DNA of 64,000 nt, taken from Promethearchaeota archaeon. GTDB taxonomy: Archaea; Asgardarchaeota; Lokiarchaeia; Sigyniarchaeales; SOKP01. Each line of letters opens with the position of its first letter. Position 1 is the stretch's first letter. Shown piece by piece: positions 19,928 to 30,497 of the stretch. The stretch is taken from the NCBI GenBank assembly GCA_016839745.1, contig JAEOTS010000122.1, forward strand, positions 7,572 to 71,571, read 5' to 3'. Both the position numbers and the translations under genes were made by a program. The notes beneath the pieces were generated by a model. It saw only the letters and a list, made by a program, of their open reading frames with translations, was not told where the DNA came from and did not search any database.

Positions 19928-21928
19928 TTGAATTTTGCATTTATGATTGATTTAAAACTTGGAAACTATCCTATTATTATATCCCCTAATATTGGAAATC
20001 CTATTTTATTAAATTTAAAGGATTATCAAGATCGAGCTCAATTTCCCATAAAGAACTTGTCTTTTAGGGCTCTAGTAATTGCTTCTAAATCTCATTCAGC
20101 TCAAAAAATTTTGGAAAACTTTCATCAAAATTTATTTATCCAACCAATATTGAAAGAAAACGGTGAGTTTTCAAAAAGACGAGGAGATTTAATAGACTTA
20201 CATCTTGTCGAAATTGAAAAAATTGAAAAATTAGATTTCAGAGACCAACCAGTTTTAGAGGAAGAGAATTGTATAGTATGGGACATTAATAATTGCGTTT
20301 TTCAATTTGACGATGTTTTTGGAAAAAGAGAAGCTCTTTATAGAGTAAGATTAGAAATACGCGAACTTGTAACAATAGAAAAATTATTAAAAAATTCTAA
20401 CCGAGATTTTCTATTGTTCGATATCGTTCATGATATCCCCAATCTGAGCGAGAATAAGGTAAATTATCATAGTATCGCAATATTCGATAAAGATTGGAAA
20501 GATTTTAACTTTATTCACGCTACAGATTTTCACATTGCAAGGAGAAACGACTTTATATTACACTACTTAAGGGAAAAAGTAAGATCCAAGGTTGATAAAT
20601 TTGGTTCTAAAGTTAAAAAATTATCTAAAATTGATAAATTTGTTTTAACCCGAGACTTTGAATTTAAAGAAGAATTCCAAGAGAATAGATACGAGGAACT
20701 AAGGACTGCAAAATACAATTTTAATTATAATTTAAGAAAATTAATAGAATTTGCAAACAATAGAGCTTCGAAAAGAAATCTCGATTTTATGTTTATGACA
20801 GGGGATTTAATAGACTACTTAAACATAGCGAGAGGAAATTATCAATATGAGAATAATTTTCAAGTTTTTTTAGATATTTTACTTGGTTTGAATAAAGGAT
20901 TAGAAAATCCTCCATATTTAGGAGCTGATGAGGAATTTGTCAATAAACAAGAGATTATGGTTCCAATTTTTACAACAATTGGAAATCACGATTATCGCAA
21001 AGAACATTATGGGATGAGATTTGGTCAAATTCACAAAATTTTCGGGATGACTCATTCAGATGTAAAAGGATATTATGACATTAAATTCTTTAACTACATT
21101 ACTGCTCTTAGGTCTGATGATAAGTATTTGAAGGATTATTTTAGATATATTAACCCTAATCTTAATTTTAACCTAAAAATTGGTGAAAAGTATAATTTTA
21201 TTTTCCTTGATACTGGACAGGATTCGATAGCAGATATGCATGACTTATTAAAAGGGGGTCCGAGTACTAAAGGGATTAAAGAGTATCAAGTAGATTTATT
21301 GCGTGCTTATATAAGATTAGCTCATAATGAAAAAGTTATTGTAGTTATGCACACGCCCCCCATTTCCCCTAATCTTAATGCAAATAAAAGAAGAAAATAT
21401 AAAAAAAAATTGAATATCAAGAATAGAAAATTAGAATGGTCCGATTTCTACGAACAAAATTTAAGAAGATACGTTGGAACTGGAAGGTTAGACAAGATAT
21501 TAAACTTAAAATACCAAACAATCATGTATAATTGGTCCACGCTTCTAAGAATTTTTACAGGCTCAGATAAGATCATTAGAAGGAAAGTTGATATTGTAAT
21601 GTGTGGACATACACACACTTTAAAGGAATATCGTTTAAAAGAAGCTAAAAAAACCGAGCGAATAAATTTTGGTTTTTGGTTTTTCCCTATTTATATAGAA
21701 GTACCGTGTGAAGTTTATACTTCGCTTTATCGAGATAAATTTAAGGAAATCAAGGATCCTCTAGATTTACAAGTCTGGTTCGATGTAAACAAACCATTTA
21801 TATTTCAAACACAAGCTGTGGGACCACTTTCGGCGCACTTCAAATTTAAACCGCCCGGCTTTAGACTTTACACCATAAAAGATAATCAAATGACTAATGC
21901 TAAAGTATTTTCATTACACCTAAGGTGA
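19928..21928 (+). CDS. calcineurin-like metallophosphoesterase with long N-terminal domain and insertions
   Basis: HATDFH, TGDLID, IGNHD, MH and CGHTH metal motifs in the expected order. Confidence 0.85.
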   Translation: MNFAFMIDLKLGNYPIIISPNIGNPILLNLKDYQDRAQFPIKNLSFRALVIASKSHSAQKILENFHQNLFIQPILKENGEFSKRRGDLIDLHLVEIEKIEKLDFRDQPVLEEENCIVWDINNCVFQFDDVFGKREALYRVRLEIRELVTIEKLLKNSNRDFLLFDIVHDIPNLSENKVNYHSIAIFDKDWKDFNFIHATDFHIARRNDFILHYLREKVRSKVDKFGSKVKKLSKIDKFVLTRDFEFKEEFQENRYEELRTAKYNFNYNLRKLIEFANNRASKRNLDFMFMTGDLIDYLNIARGNYQYENNFQVFLDILLGLNKGLENPPYLGADEEFVNKQEIMVPIFTTIGNHDYRKEHYGMRFGQIHKIFGMTHSDVKGYYDIKFFNYITALRSDDKYLKDYFRYINPNLNFNLKIGEKYNFIFLDTGQDSIADMHDLLKGGPSTKGIKEYQVDLLRAYIRLAHNEKVIVVMHTPPISPNLNANKRRKYKKKLNIKNRKLEWSDFYEQNLRRYVGTGRLDKILNLKYQTIMYNWSTLLRIFTGSDKIIRRKVDIVMCGHTHTLKEYRLKEAKKTERINFGFWFFPIYIEVPCEVYTSLYRDKFKEIKDPLDLQVWFDVNKPFIFQTQAVGPLSAHFKFKPPGFRLYTIKDNQMTNAKVFSLHLR

Positions 21929-21948
21929 AATATTTTGAGAGAGCACTA

Positions 21949-22917
21949 TTACTTATTGTTCATTAATTCGATTACTTCCTCATACGATGTATCTGGCATG
22001 GGTCCGAAAAATTGAACTTTTAACGCTCCAGCCGCGTTTGCAAACATTCCAACTCTTTTTAAATCCCAACCTGCTAAATAACCAACAATAAAAGCGCCAT
22101 CAAATGTATCACCTGCTCCTGTTGGATCTATTTCCTCAACTTTAAATCCTGGAACCTTTATACCATCTACCAATCCAGAAGTAAAAATAGTGCACCCATC
22201 TTTTCCTTGTTTCAAAACAACTAGTTTTAAACCTTCTTCTAATAATTTCTTACACGCTTTTGATTCTCCCTTCACACCCGCAAGCATTTCTGCTTCTTCT
22301 CCACTTGGGAATAGTATGGTAGTCCCTTCTAAAATTGGTTTAGAAATTTCTATGATCGTCTTTATATCTAGCATTTCTGGTCTTAAATTTGGATCGAATG
22401 AAATAATTACTTTTGGATTTAATGATTGTGCAATTTTTATTGCTTTATAGCATGATTCCCGAGAACTTTCACTAATTGAAAGAGAACTTCCCATAATGTG
22501 AAGCGCTTTTATGTTTGAAAAGTATTCCTTTTCAATATCATCTGGAGAAGTTTGTCCTGCCGCTCCAGCAGCAAAAATGAATTTACGCGTGCCATCTGAA
22601 TTATATTGATTAAAGGCTATTCCAGTAGTTCTTGAATTGTTAATCCGAATTTTAGAAATATCGACGCCGTCAGATTTTAATTTATTAAAGATTACTTTTC
22701 CAAATTCATCATTTCCAACAACACCGATAAAACCTGTAGATAAATCAAACGACTTAGACATTCGAGTAACAGAGTCTATAAAGATGGCAGGAGCTCCACT
22801 AGGAAATGGTCCCTTATAAGAAGCCCCAACCATTCCATGAGGAGTATCTTTTTCAGATCTCATAACTTCAACTAATAATTCTCCCAAACAAATGATATTA
22901 GGTCCCATTGTGATCAA
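21949..22917 (-). CDS. PfkB family sugar kinase
   Basis: GELLVE, SGAPA, VGNDEFG, FDPNLR, DPTGAGDTFDG. Confidence 0.93.
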   Translation of the reverse strand: MITMGPNIICLGELLVEVMRSEKDTPHGMVGASYKGPFPSGAPAIFIDSVTRMSKSFDLSTGFIGVVGNDEFGKVIFNKLKSDGVDISKIRINNSRTTGIAFNQYNSDGTRKFIFAAGAAGQTSPDDIEKEYFSNIKALHIMGSSLSISESSRESCYKAIKIAQSLNPKVIISFDPNLRPEMLDIKTIIEISKPILEGTTILFPSGEEAEMLAGVKGESKACKKLLEEGLKLVVLKQGKDGCTIFTSGLVDGIKVPGFKVEEIDPTGAGDTFDGAFIVGYLAGWDLKRVGMFANAAGALKVQFFGPMPDTSYEEVIELMNNK

Positions 22918-23044
22918 CTTCTATTTATAACATAAAAATTCATTTTTATTTAAATTTTTTAAAACAAATTTTCCTTTTATGAGAAGCGTACTTTTTTTTA
23001 TATTTTAAATCTATATAATAATCAATAATTTTATTGATAAAATT

Positions 23045-23049
23045 AGGTG
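23045..23049 (+). promoter_or_regulatory. Shine-Dalgarno-like AGGTG preceding an ATT-initiated ORF
   Basis: AGGTG lies 6 nt upstream of ATT at 23056. Confidence 0.45.
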
Positions 23050-23055
23050 TGAAAA

Positions 23056-23295
23056 ATTAACAATAGGAAAAAAGTTGAATTAATAGCTGAAATTTTAGAT
23101 AGATACGACGATGGTGAATGTTTGTACTGTGGTGGAACTCTAAATGGCGATTTGGAAAGCGATGATTTCGATGATGGATATTCCGATGATTGGTGTGATA
23201 ATTGTGCTAAAGAAATTGACCCTCATGACGACTGGGAAGATGCTTGCTTAATTGCAATAGATAAAGTTATTCACGATAAACCATTCAAGGCTTAA
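23056..23295 (+). CDS. small acidic CxxC...CxxC metal-binding protein (79 aa), putative ATT start; absent from the ORF track
   Basis: Open frame (I)NNRKKVELIAEILDRYDDGECLYCGGTLNGDLESDDFDDGYSDDWCDNCAKEIDPHDDWEDACLIAIDKVIHDKPFKA*. Upstream in-frame TGA at 23050; no canonical start before the first CxxC. Confidence 0.65.
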   Translation: MNNRKKVELIAEILDRYDDGECLYCGGTLNGDLESDDFDDGYSDDWCDNCAKEIDPHDDWEDACLIAIDKVIHDKPFKA

Positions 23296-23475
23296 AATCT
23301 ATTTAGTACCCTATTTCTATTAGGAAATAATTGAAATGGAAGATGGAACAAGAGAAATCGACCCATGTGATTTTATAGCATATTTTATGTCTAAAGTTGC
23401 CATATAGTTTCCATGGATAAAAATGAGCATACCAATGTTATGGCCCTAAACCAAAGACTAAACTGTTGACATTAT

Positions 23476-24213
23476 TTAATGATTATGTCCAATAAATGAA
23501 AAGATCAAAATCATAATAAGAACTCCGGCCAGAATTAACACTAATTGCTTAAGTGTATGTTTTAAGCCCCACTTCTGATGTAGCTCAGGGGCTAAATCTG
23601 ATAACGCTATATATAAGAAACTTGCTGCGGATATAGCCAGGGCGTATGGTACTATAAATGATATAGCTCCTAATACAAAATAACTAATTATCGCTGCAGG
23701 TATGGTGGTTAAACTTGATAATACATTATAAGAAAACGCTTTCTTCTTTGAAAACCCTCCATGCAAAAGAATTCCAAAATCTCCAGTCTCCTGAGGAATT
23801 TCATGAGCAATTATGGCAATAGCTGCGGCTAATCCTACGGTAAAATTCGTAAGGAATCCAGCGGTAATGACAATTCCGTCTATAAAGTTATGAAAAGCGT
23901 CTCCTACTAATACGATAGGTCCAGCAGCAGCGTGAACATCACACTCCTCGTCAGTACAATTGCGCCAAATAATCAATTTCTCTAAGAAGAAGAAGAAAAG
24001 AATGCCACCTAACACATACGGCATTACAATATGAGATTCTCCTCCAACACTCTCAATTGCTTCAGGGATTAATCCAAGTAAGGCTGTAGTAAGTAGGGTC
24101 CCCGTAGCAAACGAGATTAATGTTGAAACTAACGCCTTTTGAAGTCTTTCTGCTAATAATACAAAACCGGCTGCTGCTAAAATAGCTCCTATACTGCCCA
24201 AAATACTAAACAA
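23476..24213 (-). CDS. ZIP family metal (Zn/Fe/Mn) transporter
   Basis: GDAFHNFIDG and AHEIPQETGDFG signature motifs. Confidence 0.93.
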   Translation of the reverse strand: MFSILGSIGAILAAAGFVLLAERLQKALVSTLISFATGTLLTTALLGLIPEAIESVGGESHIVMPYVLGGILFFFFLEKLIIWRNCTDEECDVHAAAGPIVLVGDAFHNFIDGIVITAGFLTNFTVGLAAAIAIIAHEIPQETGDFGILLHGGFSKKKAFSYNVLSSLTTIPAAIISYFVLGAISFIVPYALAISAASFLYIALSDLAPELHQKWGLKHTLKQLVLILAGVLIMILIFSFIGHNH

Positions 24214-24374
24214 AATTATCCATCCAAGAACGGCGAATCCACCACAATTTTACTATTGAATTAGACATTTGATAAGTTATAAAAATATAATATTAACATC
24301 CTTAATTATTATTCGCAACCCATTTCCATTAAATTGTAAAGATGATGAAATTATTATTGCAATTTGATTGAAAA

Positions 24375-24980
24375 TTATTCTTCTGATTCAAAAGGGATGA
24401 AAATTTTATTAAAAACTTGAGGTAAACCATCGATTATATTCTTTCTTGAAGCTGTAATTAATACTATTGAAAATACAGCAGCAGTTATAAATTGGAAAAA
24501 GTTACCAGGCATTTCAACTAGAGCTATAGCAATTCCAAGTCCAAGTATAAATGCTTCATATATAAAATAACCTAGGGGAATGAGAATTCCACCAGTAATT
24601 ACAGCTAATATATCACGATAAGAAATTCTTCCAACACAATCTCTAGGATTTGAAATTAATCCAATCATGAAGCCTTCAATCCCTTTAATGATAAGCGTAG
24701 CAGGCGCATAAATTATATATGGCGAGAAAATGTCTGCCATCATCGGACCCACACCACCAGCAACGCCACCAATGATAGGGCCAAATAAAAGTGCCGCGAA
24801 CATAACTGCAGTGTCCCCAATATTAATGTATCCTCCGGTAGCAGGAATTGGAATCTGGATCCAATATGTTACTACAAAATTTAGAGCTGTAAAAATAGCT
24901 ATAATTGAGATCGTCAATGCATTATTTGGTAAGAGATAACCTCTAAAATTTGGATCCTCTACTTCTCTTTTTCTCTCCAT
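24375..24980 (-). CDS. ECF transporter S component
   Basis: IPIPATGGYINIGD, GGVAGGVGPMMAD, YAPATLIIKGIEG; about 6 TM. Confidence 0.88.
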   Translation of the reverse strand: MERKREVEDPNFRGYLLPNNALTISIIAIFTALNFVVTYWIQIPIPATGGYINIGDTAVMFAALLFGPIIGGVAGGVGPMMADIFSPYIIYAPATLIIKGIEGFMIGLISNPRDCVGRISYRDILAVITGGILIPLGYFIYEAFILGLGIAIALVEMPGNFFQFITAAVFSIVLITASRKNIIDGLPQVFNKIFIPFESEE

Positions 24981-25197
24981 TATCTAAATCACTTACATAA
25001 ATATTCTTTATTTAATTTAAAAGTTATCTCTTCTTTAATTAGGTTCATTTTTGAAAACTGATTGAAAAAATCGGATTGAAGATCATGTTGAAGGGGATAC
25101 TACAAAATGGAATAAGTGCTTTTTACTAATACTCGAATTTACAAATTCCTTTTAAAAATCAATAAATCTTATTATTTGCAAAGAATAAATTATTCAT

Positions 25198-27792
25198 ATG
25201 TTTATATGTGTAAATAACTTAATTCAAACTGAATTAATTGCCGAAGAAGTTTTAATTCTTCCAGAACCACTTCATTTTAAGTTATTGGATTCTAAATTAT
25301 TAAAGATTAGTGATAACTCTTCAATTCTAACAAATTTACCTAAAGAAGATTTATCTATTATTTATCAATTCAAAGAACAACTGAAAGAATTTGGATTTAA
25401 AGAAAAACTAGATATTAAGTTGGATCATGAATTTCCTCATGTTTTTAATAAAAATTCGATTTTAGAATTATGTGCAAGTTATTTTCCTAAATTAGAGATT
25501 AATAATCTAATGCAAAGTAGCTGTGCAATTGAACAAGGGTATATCATAGTTTCAAACAAGTCAAGATTATACTTAGAGGCGGATTCTTTGCAGGGATTAT
25601 TTTATGGCATTCAAACGCTAATTCAATTATTGAATTCCAATTCAAATAAGGAATTATTTCCTCAAATAGCAATAATAGATTTTCCTCGTTTAGAAATAAG
25701 GGGTGTTTCGGATGACATTTCAAGAGGTCAATCCGCAACGATAGATAGCCTCAAGAAATTTATTAAAATTCTAAGTCATTTTAAAATTAATCATTATTAT
25801 TTAGTTTACATGCAAGATATGTACAAGTTTGAAGGTCACCCTGAAATAGGAAAGGGAAGAGGAAGTTATTCGAAAGAAGAAATAAAAGATTTATTTAAAT
25901 TTGCGAAAGATCATTTTGTAGAATTAATTCCAATATTTCAAACTATAGGACATTGGGAGAATATATTGCATAATGAAACATATTGGCAATACGGAGAATT
26001 TCCTGGATCAAATAGTTTAAATATTGCGAATGAAGAAATTTATCCTCTTTTAGACAATATGATAAAGAACTTAAGTGAAGTATTTAAATCAGATTATTTC
26101 CATATAGCTGCAGATGAAAGCTGGGACGTAGGAAAAGTGGGTTCTAAGGATTACATCGAAAAAATAGGAATCGGTAATGCATACCTGAAGCATTACAAGA
26201 AAGTTTATGAGATCGTTAAAAAACATGGATATAAAAAAATTGTCATATATCACGATATCCTTTGTAAATACGAAGAAGTTCTTGAGGGGTTACCCAAAGA
26301 TATGATTGTTATGTATTGGAAGTATAATACAAAAGAAAACCACCCACTTATTGATAGAATAAAAGAATTTAAGCTACCCTTCATCGTTAGCCCTTCTATT
26401 ATAGATTACAATCGAGTTTTTCCGTCACTAATGCGGGCTGAAAAAAATATGACAAATCTAATTAGAAATGGATTTAAAAATGGAGCAATAGGTGAAATAA
26501 CATCTAGTTGGGGAGATTATTATAATAAAGAAATTAGAGAAAATAGATTGTATGGATTTATTTACTCCTCGCAGTTAGGATGGAATCCACTTAAGGAAGT
26601 TATAATCGCAAATTACTGGAAAAGTCTTTTAACTTATTTATTTGGTATATATGATGATAGATTGTTTAAAATAATTAGAATCCTAAGGTCTATAGAAGTT
26701 AATAAACGTTTACATACCAGGCCTACTTTTTACTATAATCATTTTTTTAGTCATCCCTATAATAAGAATAGTAAGATGTATAGAAATAATCTAAAAACTA
26801 CTAAATTCGAGTTAGTAATTAAAGATATGGATGAAATTATTACTATTTGTCAAGATTTAGAAACAATAGTATTAAGAAATAGAGAGAATCTTCAAAATCT
26901 TGCTTTCATTGCTCAACACATAAAATTTTATTGTAAAAAGCGAATAAATTCTAAGAAACTCGTCGGTTTTTCCCCCAAAGCAGTAAAAGAAGACTACAAA
27001 TTGCAAATAATTAAGGAAATCGAGTCTTTAATAAAGGATTTGAGTTCTCTCTTAAGAGAATACGAATTTCTATGGATGGATGTCGCAAAGAAGGAAGGTT
27101 TTGAGCCAATAAAAACGAAATACATATGGTTACTAGAATTCTATAAGAGTAAAGTTGAAGAAATAAAAAATAATGACGAATGGCAAGACCCTAATATACT
27201 TAGCGAAACAATTTATCTTGATGTAAGAAAAAAGCATCAAATTAGTACAACACATTTTAAAAAAATCATTACCGTTAGCGAAGAAATTGAAACTGCTTAC
27301 TTACAAGTAGTTGGAGGGACTTTTGCAAAAATTATCGTTAATAATAATCATATTGGCCATGTAATTTCTCGTCATTCGTTAAACTATATAATTTTAGAAA
27401 ATAATATTAAGATTTTTGACATTAAGGAGCATTTAAAAATGGGAGATAATCTAATAATTATTGAAAATACTGATTATAGTGGTGGAATTGGGTTGGTTAA
27501 TATATTTGGTGAAATTAAGTTGAAATCAAAACAAAAAATTCAAATAAAATCAGATAAAACGTGGTTAGCAGTAAGAAACCTTGAAGAACATTGGAAAAAA
27601 GTTAGAAGTTTTGGTTCCCCTCCTAAGATTATTGGAGGATTATGTTATCCTGATTTTGAAAATAATAGACACTCATTAGAAAGCGATATGATGACTACTT
27701 TTAACGCTTTAATTGGTCGTATTCCTAAAAAATTATATTGGTTTTTAAAGTTGGTTATGAAACTATTTAACCGTTACAACATAATAGAATAA
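25198..27792 (+). CDS. glycoside hydrolase family 20 (beta-N-acetylhexosaminidase-like) with C-terminal beta-sandwich domain
   Basis: [38 protein letters not shown] and HIAADE (catalytic DE). No signal peptide evident. Confidence 0.88.
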   Translation: MFICVNNLIQTELIAEEVLILPEPLHFKLLDSKLLKISDNSSILTNLPKEDLSIIYQFKEQLKEFGFKEKLDIKLDHEFPHVFNKNSILELCASYFPKLEINNLMQSSCAIEQGYIIVSNKSRLYLEADSLQGLFYGIQTLIQLLNSNSNKELFPQIAIIDFPRLEIRGVSDDISRGQSATIDSLKKFIKILSHFKINHYYLVYMQDMYKFEGHPEIGKGRGSYSKEEIKDLFKFAKDHFVELIPIFQTIGHWENILHNETYWQYGEFPGSNSLNIANEEIYPLLDNMIKNLSEVFKSDYFHIAADESWDVGKVGSKDYIEKIGIGNAYLKHYKKVYEIVKKHGYKKIVIYHDILCKYEEVLEGLPKDMIVMYWKYNTKENHPLIDRIKEFKLPFIVSPSIIDYNRVFPSLMRAEKNMTNLIRNGFKNGAIGEITSSWGDYYNKEIRENRLYGFIYSSQLGWNPLKEVIIANYWKSLLTYLFGIYDDRLFKIIRILRSIEVNKRLHTRPTFYYNHFFSHPYNKNSKMYRNNLKTTKFELVIKDMDEIITICQDLETIVLRNRENLQNLAFIAQHIKFYCKKRINSKKLVGFSPKAVKEDYKLQIIKEIESLIKDLSSLLREYEFLWMDVAKKEGFEPIKTKYIWLLEFYKSKVEEIKNNDEWQDPNILSETIYLDVRKKHQISTTHFKKIITVSEEIETAYLQVVGGTFAKIIVNNNHIGHVISRHSLNYIILENNIKIFDIKEHLKMGDNLIIIENTDYSGGIGLVNIFGEIKLKSKQKIQIKSDKTWLAVRNLEEHWKKVRSFGSPPKIIGGLCYPDFENNRHSLESDMMTTFNALIGRIPKKLYWFLKLVMKLFNRYNIIE

Positions 27793-27847
27793 AATCCTCA
27801 AAAGAATTAAATACAGATTTAAAAATTTAAATAAAAGAATAAAAAAG

Positions 27848-28501
27848 TTATTTATATTTCTTTAAAAATTCTGGTTTAGTTTTAGTAACTCTTTTTGTTA
27901 TCTTTGCTTGAATTTCTAACACGACTTTAGAATTACCTTCGGAGGGAATTGATAAATTGAACTTGTAATTTGGTTCTTCAATTTCAGAGGGTTCTGGTTC
28001 AGATTTAATAAAAGTTACATCCTTAGTTTGCTTAAAATCTAATGTAAGTTCTATAGGATTATTCAGTTTGTTTTCAATATTAATTTTACGTGCTATCTTG
28101 TCATACCTCGTTCTAACTTCAATATGTTGTTTAGGTTCAATAGCATCTTCAAATGTGATTTTTGGTTCTCCTTCTTCAACTTGGACTATGTCATCATCAA
28201 TAACTATATCATCATCAATTAGTTCTTCAGAATTTATCTTATTTCCTACAGTTTGAGCAGTATTAAGAAATAGGAATGGCAGGTTATCTTTATATAGCGT
28301 CATAGGAGAATTAGCCGGAAGATCAATATTTTCTCCTTCTTTAATTAATATATATTTAATAACAGCATCCCATTTGAGTTTATTTGATGAAACTGAATGC
28401 TCTGTATATTGGATTTCAATTTTACGTTCAACATTGAACTGACTATTAGCTTTAAACCATTTTAACTTTATTTTTTTCCTTGTTGGCACAGTCGCTTTCA
28501 T
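27848..28501 (-). CDS. DUF4139-like protein, C-terminal half
   Basis: LPANSPMTLY, KINIENKLNNPIELTL and FNLSIPSEGNSKVVLEI resemble the C-terminal beta-rich part of DUF4139 proteins. Own AGGAG SD. Confidence 0.55.
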   Translation of the reverse strand: MKATVPTRKKIKLKWFKANSQFNVERKIEIQYTEHSVSSNKLKWDAVIKYILIKEGENIDLPANSPMTLYKDNLPFLFLNTAQTVGNKINSEELIDDDIVIDDDIVQVEEGEPKITFEDAIEPKQHIEVRTRYDKIARKINIENKLNNPIELTLDFKQTKDVTFIKSEPEPSEIEEPNYKFNLSIPSEGNSKVVLEIQAKITKRVTKTKPEFLKKYK

Positions 28502-28514
28502 TTTTTCACTCTCC

Positions 28515-29252
28515 TCATAATAATTGTTTAAAACGTTGGGTTCTTTTCATTGGACCCTTTTTAGCACTTCTAAGGACATTTAATTCGTTCATAATACCTT
28601 GACTCATCTGTTCAGGCGCGTTATCTGTTTGATAGTCAATAATATCAGATGTTGGTGTAGGTAACTCAAATATAGCAAATCCTAATTCGACATTTTCGTA
28701 TGTGAAACCTGTTTGATTGTCCACAACGATAAAACCTTCAATTTCTGCGGTTTTTCCATCTTCATTAATATTTACCTGAAGTGTGGTGTCCCATTTTATC
28801 CTTACATCGGATAAGAAATAAAGGATTTTTACTATAATTTCACCTTCTTTTGTGGAATTTATTATAAAATTGAACGTTCCTTTCATGTCAGCAAAAGTTT
28901 TATAGGAAGATGCCTCACAAATACTCGATACTTTTTCTCTCATTTCCCTTGTAAAATCTATAGCATACGAGATAATGCTATTAGCTGCTGATTTTTCCCT
29001 GTCTATGATTTGCTGGGAATTATTATAATCTGGTAAGGTTATTATCGTTTGTTGTAATGTGATTAAATCTATATCCTCGGGATTAAGATGCTCCAATCTA
29101 ATATCAGCAGAGTTGGGATCAAAACTGGCGGGAACATTTTGAATTTCAAACTCATTTATTCCTTGTTGAATGGATAATTTCATTTCTCTTTCAACAATTC
29201 CCCCTCCACCATTAAAAATTACTAAGCTTTTTACTTTAGGGTCGATTAGCAT
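28515..29252 (-). CDS. DUF4140/DUF4139-like protein, N-terminal half
   Basis: LVIFNGGGGIVERE...GINEFEIQNVPASFDPNS (DUF4140-like) and ILYFL..IKW...AEIEGFIVVDNQTGFTYENVELGF (start of DUF4139). Confidence 0.7.
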   Translation of the reverse strand: MLIDPKVKSLVIFNGGGGIVEREMKLSIQQGINEFEIQNVPASFDPNSADIRLEHLNPEDIDLITLQQTIITLPDYNNSQQIIDREKSAANSIISYAIDFTREMREKVSSICEASSYKTFADMKGTFNFIINSTKEGEIIVKILYFLSDVRIKWDTTLQVNINEDGKTAEIEGFIVVDNQTGFTYENVELGFAIFELPTPTSDIIDYQTDNAPEQMSQGIMNELNVLRSAKKGPMKRTQRFKQLL

Positions 29253-29410
29253 TTTAGATTCAAATTCATTTTTTTAGTATTATCAAATAAGTAAACTTAG
29301 TTATTTAAATTTTTATTAAATTCAAATTGAATATTGAATTCGGGAAAAACCAATAGTAAATATTCAATAGAAATAAAAAAAATTGAAGAAATTGAATTAA
29401 TTAGGATGGT

Positions 29411-30370
29411 TTAGAAATTTGAATAAATCATAAATTTATTCGCTGAACCTAAACTATATATCTCAAACTTGGTTCCCTTCTTAGTTTCACAGAACATTTG
29501 TATCATCGGGAATAAATAGATTTGTGTAGTAATTTGAGCATCCTTATCTTTTGAGTAAGTTTTATAGTCGCTTCCTGCTGTACCTATCGTTTTTTTAATA
29601 TTTTTGTTCCAATAACCTAACGAAGGTTCTGCCTTAGACTCCAAATCTTTAAAATCGTTAAATCTTATACCTTCAACCTCCTCGATCATTTGGTGAAGGT
29701 CACGTTCAATCTCTTTCTCATATCTCGTCTGTGCGCTACTAGTCAATACTGGAATTCCTGTAACAACAGTTTTAAAAGGGACTGGGAGAATTTGGTATTT
29801 ATACATATTTTTGTGACCTCCACAATCCCTGCATTGCTCTTTGCTTGTACCAGTTCCATAACATACGCCGCAAGGATAAGAAAATAGTTTATCCTCTTTC
29901 TTTTGATCTTCTCCTGATAGTATAGTTAATTTTTCTTCGATTTTTCCAGTCCCTTTACAAGTTTTGCACCTACCTTCAATATATCCTTTACCGCTACAGT
30001 TTTTACAGGATATCGTTTGTAGCGTCTCATATGTAGGAACTTTATCATCGCCTTTCCAATTGTCCTTATTAACGTTAGATTTCCCTTTAAATGAATAAAA
30101 TGTTTCTCTTGGTACTCTAGGAGCAAGAACGATTTTTTCTTCCGTTCCTTTTGGTACAGCACCCACAGTCTTTTTTATAGCAAAATAAATTGCAGCTTCC
30201 TTTTGGGTGTCTTTAACATATTCTGCAGCACTCACGGCATCTAAAGAAAAAATCGCCCCTTTAGTTCCGAATTGCTTTTCCATCTTTTTTTTATCACTTC
30301 TTATAGAGCGTTGCTTCCACTTCTCAAAAATCTCATCTAAATTTGGTGTTTTAATTCTTACATCTGGCAA
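29411..30370 (-). CDS. CxxCxGxG zinc-finger protein without J-domain, SSUH2-like
   Basis: CKNCSGKG, CKTCKGTG, CGVCYGTG, CRDCGGHK; no HPD motif. C-terminal IYLFPMIQMF...FEIYSLG resembles SSUH2. TTG start with AGGTGA SD. Confidence 0.65.
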   Translation of the reverse strand: MPDVRIKTPNLDEIFEKWKQRSIRSDKKKMEKQFGTKGAIFSLDAVSAAEYVKDTQKEAAIYFAIKKTVGAVPKGTEEKIVLAPRVPRETFYSFKGKSNVNKDNWKGDDKVPTYETLQTISCKNCSGKGYIEGRCKTCKGTGKIEEKLTILSGEDQKKEDKLFSYPCGVCYGTGTSKEQCRDCGGHKNMYKYQILPVPFKTVVTGIPVLTSSAQTRYEKEIERDLHQMIEEVEGIRFNDFKDLESKAEPSLGYWNKNIKKTIGTAGSDYKTYSKDKDAQITTQIYLFPMIQMFCETKKGTKFEIYSLGSANKFMIYSNF

Positions 30371-30377
30371 ATGAAAA

Positions 30378-30383
30378 TCACCT
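30378..30383 (-). promoter_or_regulatory. Shine-Dalgarno AGGTGA for the 30370 TTG start
   Basis: AGGTGA lies 7 nt upstream of TTG on the minus strand. Confidence 0.6.
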
Positions 30384-30497
30384 GAAATAAATTTGAAATT
30401 ATTTTTATTTTAATACTACTAAAATTATAAAAATATAAAATATATCTATTTTATATAAATTATATCAAAATAAAAACAAAACAGATTTTAATTTAAC

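Noticed and set aside
29411-30370. Annotation as dnaJ
   Set aside because: No J-domain or HPD motif, no G/F region and no dnaK/grpE nearby.
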